A stretch of DNA of 64,000 bases from a virus (lineage: Duplodnaviria > Caudoviricetes), in the IMG/VR virus record IMGVR_UViG_3300024261_000026, positions 1,909-65,908 of that record; one strand, given 5' to 3'. Positions 55,634 to 62,993 of the stretch are shown piece by piece (within the stretch, counting starts at the first letter, position 1; each line of letters opens with the position of its first letter). The translations under genes and the position numbers were made by a program. The notes under the pieces were generated by a model. That model ran no database searches, had not been told where the DNA came from, and saw only the letters and a list, made by a program, of their open reading frames with translations.

Positions 55634-56548
55634 ATGTCAGATCCACACAAAAGATGGAAAGACTACGATAAAGAACATTGCTGGCAGTATCAGATGAGAG
55701 AGGATAATCTCGGGGAAGATCTTCAAAATCTCCCTCCGTGGGTTGATTATAGAGAATTATCCACAAAAGATTTCGATTTTGAATATGTGGACAAATCGGA
55801 AAAAGAGAAGTGCGATGAGATTCGTGATTTTATAAAGAAGCATGAGTGGCTAGGTAAACTACCAAATAGACCTACTCATCGATTTACTGCTCGCCTCAAG
55901 GAAGGAAGCATCCTCGCTGGCGTTATTATTATGGCAGTGCCGAATACATTTTCCCATTTGCTCGGGAAAGAAAACAGCAACCTTGAAAAACTAATCTCTC
56001 GTGGTGCATGCATTAGTTGGTCACCTAAGAATCTTGGATCGTGGCTGATAATGAAGTCTGTCAAGTGGATGGTTCAAAATACCGAGTTTAGGTATTTCAC
56101 GGCATACTCCGATCCGGAAGCGAAAGAACTTGGAACGATCTATCAGGCGTGTAATTTCCTTTACCTAGGTAAGGGCGCAGGAGTGACAAAGCAATACTTT
56201 GATCCGAACAATCCCAAACAAGGGTGGTTTAGCGGGAGAGAGTTCAGAAAGAAATCAAAGTATTACAGATACGCCCAGGAGGTAGGCATCAGCAAGGAGC
56301 AATGGGCAAAGTGGATGAAGAAGTATAGCCCAGATTGGAATCTTGTGCCGACAATGGCGAAAAGTATGGTCAAGGAAAGAGAAAGAATATATCGAGATAG
56401 TTGCCATGTTCGAGAGGTAGTTTCGAAGCACAAATATGTCTATATTCTCGGGAAAAGCAAGAAAGAGACAAAAAAGTTGAAACAAATCTTTAAAGAAAAG
56501 AACCCAAAATTGTATGATATGTCATACCCCGCTCATCGCGGGGAATAA
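55634..56548 (+). CDS. Mom-family GNAT-fold DNA adenine-modifying enzyme
   Basis: FI.KHEWLG, L.GVI....P, ISR, KN.GSWLI, AYSDP...E.GTIYQACNFLYLG, K.KY.Y; GGAGG SD. Confidence 0.75.
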   Translation: MSDPHKRWKDYDKEHCWQYQMREDNLGEDLQNLPPWVDYRELSTKDFDFEYVDKSEKEKCDEIRDFIKKHEWLGKLPNRPTHRFTARLKEGSILAGVIIMAVPNTFSHLLGKENSNLEKLISRGACISWSPKNLGSWLIMKSVKWMVQNTEFRYFTAYSDPEAKELGTIYQACNFLYLGKGAGVTKQYFDPNNPKQGWFSGREFRKKSKYYRYAQEVGISKEQWAKWMKKYSPDWNLVPTMAKSMVKERERIYRDSCHVREVVSKHKYVYILGKSKKETKKLKQIFKEKNPKLYDMSYPAHRGE

Positions 56549-56559
56549 CTGGAGGAACA

Positions 56560-58131
56560 ATGTCGAAAGAGTATCTCGATACGCAAAAAGGTCTAAACCA
56601 AAAGATATTAGACGGAATAAACAAACTGGCAGATAATGTCGCCGCCACAATGGGACCAAGAGGAAGAAATGTCATCCTCCACCCCAAGAACGGCAACCCA
56701 ATAATCACGAAAGATGGAGTAACTGTTGCACGATTTATCGACTTCGATGATCCATTTGAAAACGTGGGTGCACAAGTAATCAAACAAGCGAGCGAGGAAA
56801 CCAATGCCAGAGCAGGTGACGGCACCACAACTGCTATTGTCTTGTCGCGAGCAATCTTTGTGGAAGCACAAAAGCACATTGCAGCAGGAGCGTCCCCGGT
56901 TGAACTCAAGAGGGGAATTGATAAGGCGACTGATGTGATAGTCAGTAACCTTAAGACCATCGCGAAGAAGGTGACGAAGCTCGAAGACATTGAAGACATC
57001 GCCACAATATCAGCGAATGGCGACAGAACCATTGGCAAACTTATTTCAACAGCAATAGACATGATAGGAAAGGATGGGTCCATTACTATAGAGGATGGGA
57101 AGTCGCTTGAGACGAGCCTAGACGTCGTAGAAGGGTTTAGATTTGACAGTGGGTATGCCGCAGGTGCATTCGTCACAGACGAGCGTAGAGGCGTCCTCAA
57201 GCACAATGATCCACTATTCCTTATCACTGATGAAAAGATAGAATTTGTTGAAGATATCCTCCCAGTTCTAGAACTAATCGCCAGAGATGGGCGCCCACTG
57301 ATTGTGGTAGCAGAAGACATCGAAGGGCAAGCACTCGCTGCAATGATTATGAATGCAGTGAGAGGAACTATGAAGGTCGCGGCAATCAAAGCACCTAGGT
57401 ATGGCGAGGAGCGCCGAGGCATCTTAGAAGACTTAGCTATCAGCGTGGGAGCGACATTTGTTTCTCGCGCATCAGGTCTGAAGATGAAGGATGTTAAGTT
57501 ATCTCACTTGGGTAGCGCGAAGACTGTTGAGGCGTCCAAAGTAATGACAACGATTGTTGGCGGAAAGGGCGATGATGCTTTGGTTGGGGAGCGCATCGAT
57601 CTGCTTAAAGCGCAATTTGAACAGACAGACAACATGCAGGTGTGCGAGAGAATTCAGGAGCGCATCACCAGGTTAGCGAGCGGTATCGCCATTATTAATG
57701 TGGGGGGTAACACCGAGGTTGAGATGGTGGAGAAGAAGCACCGAATCGAGGACGCCCTAGAGGCGGTGAAGTCAGCGCAGCAAGAGGGGATGGTCTCCGG
57801 CGGCGGCATGGCACTGCTTGCTGCATCCAAGAACATAGAGATAGACGCCACGAACGCAGATCAGGAACTAGGAGCGAAGATAATCCTTAAAGCGGTTGAA
57901 GATCCGCTGCGCCAAATGGCTCTGAACGCAGGGAATAAACCAGACGTTATCCTGGAAAAGGCATTCTCGGCAAAAGAAGGGGAAGGGTTTGATTTGGCGA
58001 CAGGCGAGATAGTAAATCTGATGGAGAAGGGTATTATAGATCCGGTAAAAGTAACTAGGTGTGCCCTTCAGAACGCCGCATCGGCAATCGGGACGCTAAT
58101 TACTACCAGTCATGCAATTATAGATAAATAG
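56560..58131 (+). CDS. groEL: Chaperonin GroEL
   Basis: TMGPRGRNV, ITKDGVTVA, AGDGTTTA, ATISANGD, EG.RFD.GY, KAP.YG, IEDAL, GIIDP.KV.R.AL.NAAS; lacks GGM tail. Confidence 0.96.
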   Translation: MSKEYLDTQKGLNQKILDGINKLADNVAATMGPRGRNVILHPKNGNPIITKDGVTVARFIDFDDPFENVGAQVIKQASEETNARAGDGTTTAIVLSRAIFVEAQKHIAAGASPVELKRGIDKATDVIVSNLKTIAKKVTKLEDIEDIATISANGDRTIGKLISTAIDMIGKDGSITIEDGKSLETSLDVVEGFRFDSGYAAGAFVTDERRGVLKHNDPLFLITDEKIEFVEDILPVLELIARDGRPLIVVAEDIEGQALAAMIMNAVRGTMKVAAIKAPRYGEERRGILEDLAISVGATFVSRASGLKMKDVKLSHLGSAKTVEASKVMTTIVGGKGDDALVGERIDLLKAQFEQTDNMQVCERIQERITRLASGIAIINVGGNTEVEMVEKKHRIEDALEAVKSAQQEGMVSGGGMALLAASKNIEIDATNADQELGAKIILKAVEDPLRQMALNAGNKPDVILEKAFSAKEGEGFDLATGEIVNLMEKGIIDPVKVTRCALQNAASAIGTLITTSHAIIDK

Positions 58132-58133
58132 CA

Positions 58134-58142
58134 ACTATTTAT
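58134..58142 (+). promoter_or_regulatory. Putative late promoter motif ACTATTTAT
   Basis: Directly after groEL stop. Confidence 0.65.
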
Positions 58143-58165
58143 ACACATTGCGCGAGGTACCTGTG

Positions 58166-58438
58166 ATGGAAGATTCCACTAAAGAGATATGTTTGACAGT
58201 GATGGACGGCAAGTTGGATAAACTGAGCATGAAGATCGATGAAGTGAAGGAAAAACAAGAAGACATGGCAGAGGATATCTCCAAAGTAAAAGAGGCGGTA
58301 TACCATCCAGATGAAGGTCTGTACGCGAGAATAAGAGAGTTAGAGGGTTGGAAGAATACATCATCTAAGGTGATGTGGATGCTCATTTCTTCCATGATAG
58401 GTGTTGTATCTTATATAGCAACGAAAATACTTGGATAA
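58166..58438 (+). CDS. Coiled-coil protein with C-terminal transmembrane helix (XhlA/holin-like)
   Basis: Heptad region, GL.ARIRELE, then WMLISSMIGVVSYIA; late motif; GAGG SD. Confidence 0.6.
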   Translation: MEDSTKEICLTVMDGKLDKLSMKIDEVKEKQEDMAEDISKVKEAVYHPDEGLYARIRELEGWKNTSSKVMWMLISSMIGVVSYIATKILG

Positions 58439-58444
58439 AAAAGG

Positions 58445-58473
58445 TTGACAGGCGAAAAGTAATGTGCTATACT
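58445..58473 (+). promoter_or_regulatory. sigma70 promoter TTGACA-N17-TGnTATACT
   Basis: Intergenic, extended -10. Confidence 0.75.
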
Positions 58474-58493
58474 TCCAATGGAGGTATAGATTT

Positions 58494-58829
58494 ATGAATT
58501 CAAGTTCAGGTGTGAAGATTTCGTTTACGACAATTCTGGAAGATATCCCAAGAGAAGTTCAGGCGATGATCGACAATGTGCGCAAGAGAATGCGAGAGAT
58601 CGAAGATATTTCGCTGTTGGGCATATCCGACTCACTGGAGAGTTCTGGGAAAGTGAGAGATTGCAACGAAGCAATCGTCGTATTAGACTCGGCCAGAAAG
58701 GAATTATCAAAGATTGACGCGAGGATGGAGGATTGCATGAGCATCCTTCACCAATATTGTAACGTCACCATTCCCGACGCAGAACCGGAAGAGACTGACT
58801 CTCAAGAGGAGAGGGATGAAGAAGGGTGA
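58494..58829 (+). CDS. Hypothetical helical protein
   Basis: GGAGG SD before ATG 58494. Confidence 0.7.
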   Translation: MNSSSGVKISFTTILEDIPREVQAMIDNVRKRMREIEDISLLGISDSLESSGKVRDCNEAIVVLDSARKELSKIDARMEDCMSILHQYCNVTIPDAEPEETDSQEERDEEG

Positions 58830-59073
58830 TCTAGTACATATTCCGTCAAATGTTTTGCTTGTTGATAAGTTCCTTGCGCCAGGTAAATACAGATTCACTA
58901 CCAAGCCGGAAGTGGGTATTTTTATTGAAAGCGGCGACGAATTGAAATATTGCCGAGCATTTGTTTTGGGAAAAGTCTGGAGAATAGAAAGGGAGTGTAT
59001 GTTTGAATTTGCAACGGGAGGAAAAGATGTTGGTGAGATTAGTAGAAGTAAGATGGGAAACAACAACAAATAA
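58816..59073 (+). CDS. Small SH3/KOW-like hypothetical protein
   Basis: MKKGDLVHI start; overlapping operon arrangement. Confidence 0.55.
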   Translation: MKKGDLVHIPSNVLLVDKFLAPGKYRFTTKPEVGIFIESGDELKYCRAFVLGKVWRIERECMFEFATGGKDVGEISRSKMGNNNK

Positions 59074-59311
59074 GCATGAGATGAAAGAGGTATATGTCAA
59101 CCCAGAGAATGTGGTAAGCGTGAGACTCGACGAAGAAACAAATCAGATGCTCAAAGAGGGCGCACTTCCTTGGGATCTCCATCGGGGACAAACTTTCTCG
59201 CTGGTGACAATACAGTCTGGGGCGAAACCGAAAGACATCACGGTGGTAGGATCTCCATCGCAGATTGTGGAGAAATGTTACGCCTCAAAGACAAGACTTT
59301 TGAAAGGGTAA
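59027..59311 (+). CDS. Hypothetical protein, weakly FlbD-like
   Basis: GGAGG SD; LVRL..V...VYVNP..VVSV...I.VVGS...I.EK. Confidence 0.55.
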   Translation: MLVRLVEVRWETTTNKHEMKEVYVNPENVVSVRLDEETNQMLKEGALPWDLHRGQTFSLVTIQSGAKPKDITVVGSPSQIVEKCYASKTRLLKG

Positions 59312-59312
59312 G

Positions 59313-59579
59313 ATGATGACGGTGTTTGATTTTTTCCACCTTTTTATAAAGGTGGATTGCCCTTATTGTAAAGACGCAGTAGATTTGCTAGAAAAGATGG
59401 AATCACAATATGTGATCACAGTTGTGGACAAGGCAGAAAACTATCTTCAGATGGTGAAGCACCAATTTGGGCACCAAACAGTCCCGGTGGTCTTAAACTG
59501 TGACAGCAGGGGCAAAATGGATCTTATTGGCGGATATACCGAACTTGAAGCGCATTTAAATAAAAGCAGGAAGAAGTGA
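59313..59579 (+). CDS. Glutaredoxin
   Basis: CPYC, TVP, IGGYTEL motifs. Confidence 0.88.
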   Translation: MMTVFDFFHLFIKVDCPYCKDAVDLLEKMESQYVITVVDKAENYLQMVKHQFGHQTVPVVLNCDSRGKMDLIGGYTELEAHLNKSRKK

Positions 59580-59582
59580 ACT

Positions 59583-59972
59583 ATGGAAATTTCGTGCAAG
59601 TGGAAACCGATTGATGAATATATTCTAGCAGATAGCGGAGAAAAAAAGGAAGGCAGGTATCACGGGTCGATGTTCTGGAATATTAAAGGATTCGGGAGTA
59701 AGCGATGGGTTGTTGCAGGTTACCTAGATGTGCCCGACTGTCAACAATATTTGGATGAGGGCATCTCAGAGAGGGAAATGGTGGAGTGTTGCTTGGCCCA
59801 CCTAAATCAACCTCCCCCCAGAAGGAAATTCCAAAGAAAGCAGCCAAACTCTCTATATGGGCATTTGGAATATTACAAGCACAAGATCACGCCAGATGGT
59901 ATTGAAGTTCTGGTGATCACAAATGAAAGAAAGAATAGTCGGTTTTGGTCAGAAGGCACCGCAATTTCATAG
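59583..59972 (+). CDS. Hypothetical protein
   Basis: 129 aa ORF tightly packed in operon. Confidence 0.7.
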   Translation: MEISCKWKPIDEYILADSGEKKEGRYHGSMFWNIKGFGSKRWVVAGYLDVPDCQQYLDEGISEREMVECCLAHLNQPPPRRKFQRKQPNSLYGHLEYYKHKITPDGIEVLVITNERKNSRFWSEGTAIS

Positions 59973-59997
59973 AAAACAAAAAACATTGAGAAATAGC

Positions 59998-60045
59998 TTG
60001 ACAGATTAAATGTGATCTGTTATAATGTGATCTGTTGGCAGATCA
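59998..60045 (+). promoter_or_regulatory. sigma70 promoter TTGACA-N17-TATAAT carrying four operator half-sites
   Basis: ttgACAGATTA-AATG-TGATCTGT-tataat-GTGATCTGT-tgg-CAGATCA. Confidence 0.88.
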
Positions 60046-60070
60046 ACAAGAGAGAAAGAAGGAGTAGCAT

Positions 60071-61987
60071 ATGAAAAGGGCGATGTCATACAAGTCTTGC
60101 CGAAGCCGCGTCGCTGGCGGGAGCACTAAAAGCGCTATAAAGGAGGCGTGGGCAAATGTTCATGCGGCGGCACATAAATTCGGTGTCCGTGCTCCTGTTA
60201 TGGAATTCGGTCTTTTTTTGGAGACCGATGACAACACCGAACAAATTTCGGTATACGCTTTAAAGATCTCGGATAACGTCGGAGGCGTTGCTGGTCAGAA
60301 AGGTCGTGATTGTTTGCACAAAATGGGAAAAACAGGAACACACCAAATCGAACTCACGTCTGAGCATGGGAAGGGTACTTCCTATATATTTCCTCAATAT
60401 ATCAAGGCGGAATTAGAGAAATATCAGGAAAAGATCCACTTTGCGACCACTTTTGTGCCAGATAGAGAATCCGGACGTGTTTTTGCGACCGATTATAGTA
60501 CCAATCCAGGCGCGGATGATGTATGGGACGACGAGGAAATGACTAAAGAGGAGGCAGAACGGCGTCTCTCTGAATTGTGTCGCCTCGAAGGTCAAGGTCC
60601 ACCAAACCCTATTCAGGGGATGGTTTATTTGTGGAAAGATCCATATTTACCGGAGATCACATCACCACTCACCAAGTGTAAACCTAAAAACATTAAGAAT
60701 GTAGTGAAAACTGCGATGAATAAACTCTTGCAGCAGATTTGCTCTATCACTCCTTTTTATGATGAATTCTTAGACGCCACCAATGCCGCCGCAGGACTCT
60801 ATGGGTGGTCTCCGATTGATTCTATTGAGACTCGGGTAACTGTTCGTTTAGATGGCGAGGAGATCTTTGCAGAAGGAACTATTGACGCCCACAGGCAAGG
60901 CGCGGGCGCCCATCCAGTGAGAGATATAACGAAATCAGGCGCCTTCGTCATAGGGGAACCCCCATCACCATCACGAAAACTGGGAGCATATAGTAGTGGA
61001 CCGTTTGTTCCAATCGGCGAAAAAGGCACAGGCACCACAGCGCGACTCATTTATGGAGAGTCTCTTCCTGCAACGTGCAACGATACAACCAACATCGCCG
61101 CCCAGCGGAAACTAGACTATGGGTCAATCGAACACCAGTGGAATGAAAATGCGAAAGTGAATGGTTTCACCAACGACCTCCTGTTGGGCGGAAAAACATC
61201 CCGAGCCTCGCACCTGCTTTCAGTAGTGGTCAATGGTGTTGAGATCGCCAAAGAAGACATCTTTTCTAGAGATGACATAGGTTTGCTCTATACCCTTCGC
61301 GCAAAGGATGCCACTCAATTGTATCGTTTCAATCGGGCAGTGACGATTCTTGACGTGAGGACCAAAAAGAAGGGTGTTAACCCCTTCCCCACTTGCGGTC
61401 ACAAGATCAGTCTTGAGAGCCCAATGTCGGCGGATATCATCACTGAGGTGCTGGAGACTTTCTCCAGAGAAGGAGAAGAAAATGCATTTGTCAAACACGT
61501 CAAAGCAGTCCGCTCCAACAAAGAAGAAGGTGCGCATGAAGTAGATGATGTGCATCCTGCGTTTCAAGAGGTTGCGGAGAACACGCAGGATGGGGATAAG
61601 TGGTCTTTTGAAGTTGCACCTCCCGCCGAGGGCAAGCACCTACTTTGGGGAAATGGCGTCCCGGCAGTGGATGCCTTCCACCCTAGTCGTGGATTCGTGG
61701 AATTAAAGACGGGACACCTGACTTGGATTAACACCATCGACCAAGCTCTGAGATACGGGATTCCCATCTTGGAAGAAGGTAAACACGATCTTACTTTTGT
61801 TTCGGAGACTGTGGAATCCGGTTTGCAGGAAAAGATAGACCACATTACAGCACCATGGAGTACGGAAACAAAAACACAAGTCCGTGTACTGACCTATGAA
61901 CAATTCGATAAGTTTATGTGTGATGTCATATCGATGAAGTTAAAAGAGAAAGGTATAGTCTTCCCCAGATCCCGAGAAATAACATAA
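60071..61987 (+). CDS. GHKL (MORC-like) ATPase fused to a C-terminal PD-(D/E)xK-like nuclease
   Basis: SAIKEAWAN, LKISDNVGG, SEHGKG motifs; C-terminal VDA.....FVELK......DQALRY; AAGGAG SD. Confidence 0.55.
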   Translation: MKRAMSYKSCRSRVAGGSTKSAIKEAWANVHAAAHKFGVRAPVMEFGLFLETDDNTEQISVYALKISDNVGGVAGQKGRDCLHKMGKTGTHQIELTSEHGKGTSYIFPQYIKAELEKYQEKIHFATTFVPDRESGRVFATDYSTNPGADDVWDDEEMTKEEAERRLSELCRLEGQGPPNPIQGMVYLWKDPYLPEITSPLTKCKPKNIKNVVKTAMNKLLQQICSITPFYDEFLDATNAAAGLYGWSPIDSIETRVTVRLDGEEIFAEGTIDAHRQGAGAHPVRDITKSGAFVIGEPPSPSRKLGAYSSGPFVPIGEKGTGTTARLIYGESLPATCNDTTNIAAQRKLDYGSIEHQWNENAKVNGFTNDLLLGGKTSRASHLLSVVVNGVEIAKEDIFSRDDIGLLYTLRAKDATQLYRFNRAVTILDVRTKKKGVNPFPTCGHKISLESPMSADIITEVLETFSREGEENAFVKHVKAVRSNKEEGAHEVDDVHPAFQEVAENTQDGDKWSFEVAPPAEGKHLLWGNGVPAVDAFHPSRGFVELKTGHLTWINTIDQALRYGIPILEEGKHDLTFVSETVESGLQEKIDHITAPWSTETKTQVRVLTYEQFDKFMCDVISMKLKEKGIVFPRSREIT

Positions 61988-62010
61988 GAGGGGGGCAGCC
62001 CCCTCTTATG
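61983..62010 (+). terminator. 12-bp hairpin (terminator or tRNA processing signal)
   Basis: CATAAGAGGGGG-GCAG-CCCCCTCTTATG; weak T-tract. Confidence 0.55.
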
Positions 62011-62037
62011 GGTTATCAATCTTGTTGAGCATTTTTT

Positions 62038-62112
62038 GGACTTGTAGCTCAGCGGTAGAGCGACCCGCTCATAACGGGTTGGCCGTAGGTTCAAATCCTA
62101 CCGGGTCCACCA
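62038..62112 (+). tRNA. tRNA with CAT anticodon, most likely tRNA-Ile2 (lysidine-modified)
   Basis: Cloverleaf: GGACTTG/CGGGTCC acceptor, ACCCG-CTCATAA-CGGGT anticodon arm, GGTTCAAATCC T-arm, encoded CCA; G1-C72 pair excludes initiator. Confidence 0.9.
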
Positions 62113-62113
62113 C

Positions 62114-62141
62114 TTGACACCCGCTCTGTGGTGTTTATATT
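62114..62141 (+). promoter_or_regulatory. sigma70-like promoter TTGACA-N16-TATATT for hsp20
   Basis: Directly after the tRNA. Confidence 0.55.
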
Positions 62142-62184
62142 GTATTTGTGCTGCCATTTTGGAGCGCATTAACCAAGTCATAAG

Positions 62185-62200
62185 CTTGCTTATAAAGGAG
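62185..62200 (+). promoter_or_regulatory. ROSE-like RNA thermometer hairpin over the hsp20 SD
   Basis: CTTGCTT-ATA-AAGGAG: U(U/C)GCU motif pairing with SD with bulged G. Confidence 0.5.
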
Positions 62201-62208
62201 AAATAATT

Positions 62209-62631
62209 ATGACACAATTAGTAAGACGAGTTCCTTCCATTGTGGGAAGAACTACTTTCGATCAGCTTTTCAACCAGATCTTTGAAGATCCATTTACGAT
62301 GGTAAAACGATCAACAGAGGGTTATCCTCTAACGGATCTCTACAAGGATGATGACGACAATCAAGTCATCGAGGTTGCTTTAGCGGGGTTCACCAAGAAA
62401 GATTTGGACATCGAGGTCAAAGATAACTCGATTACGATTTCTTGCGAATCTATATCCGAGGGAGATACCACTTCCCGCAGGATTGCGCGTAGATCCTTCA
62501 CTCGTTCGTTTGTGGATTATGATCACCAACTGAACATGAAGGAGTCATCCGCTTCGTTTGAAAATGGGTTACTCAGGATACTTATACCTCCAACAGAGGA
62601 CTCAAAGACAACGCCCATTGTCATCAAATAG
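62209..62631 (+). CDS. Small heat-shock protein (Hsp20/IbpA family)
   Basis: YP.......IEVALAGF.K.DL.IEV....I.I, IA.RSF.R.F, ASFENGLL.I. Confidence 0.92.
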   Translation: MTQLVRRVPSIVGRTTFDQLFNQIFEDPFTMVKRSTEGYPLTDLYKDDDDNQVIEVALAGFTKKDLDIEVKDNSITISCESISEGDTTSRRIARRSFTRSFVDYDHQLNMKESSASFENGLLRILIPPTEDSKTTPIVIK

Positions 62632-62647
62632 CATTTATGCTTACGAG

Positions 62648-62680
62648 AAACGCACCTTTTGGTGCGTTTTTCTTTTTTTT
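62648..62680 (+). terminator. Rho-independent terminator
   Basis: AAACGCACC-TTTT-GGTGCGTTT plus long T-tract. Confidence 0.88.
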
Positions 62681-62692
62681 GGCGTATTATAT

Positions 62693-62701
62693 ACTAGTTA
62701 C
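62693..62701 (+). promoter_or_regulatory. Putative late promoter variant ACTAGTTAC
   Basis: Directly after terminator. Confidence 0.5.
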
Positions 62702-62780
62702 TTTATAGGCAGATGCTTGAGAGAAAAGAGATGCAAGATAATTTGGAACTGGATCTGATCCGGGAAAAAAGTTTAAAATC

Positions 62781-62981
62781 ATGGATGAAGATGATAGACT
62801 GTATGTTAAGGGTGTCTGCATGACTTGCAGAAACAAGACGTATTCGTGCCCGTATTGTAATGGCGAAGGGAAAGTATATTTGGAAGCTTCTGATAAAAGT
62901 GTCTCACGATGGATCGCGGGGTTGACAAAAGAACGCAGAGACGATATATTGAAGATGATATCGGATGAGGGCGGCAGTTGA
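62781..62981 (+). CDS. Small zinc-finger-like protein
   Basis: CMTC...CPYC.GEG (DnaJ-type CxxCxGxG); start uncertain. Confidence 0.55.
   Translation: MDEDDRLYVKGVCMTCRNKTYSCPYCNGEGKVYLEASDKSVSRWIAGLTKERRDDILKMISDEGGS
62922..62950 (+). promoter_or_regulatory. sigma70 promoter TTGACA-N17-TATATT inside upstream gene
   Basis: Perfect -35 and spacing, about 45 nt before ATG 62994. Confidence 0.55.
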
Positions 62982-62993
62982 GTAGGTAAATTT

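Noticed and set aside
56490-57422. 310-aa antisense ORF
   Set aside because: Typical antisense shadow of groEL
60008-60045. CRP/FNR site (AAATGTGATCT is a perfect CRP half-site)
   Set aside because: No partner TCACA at the required 6-bp spacing; half-site geometry differs from CRP/FNR, though a CRP-family host factor is not fully excluded
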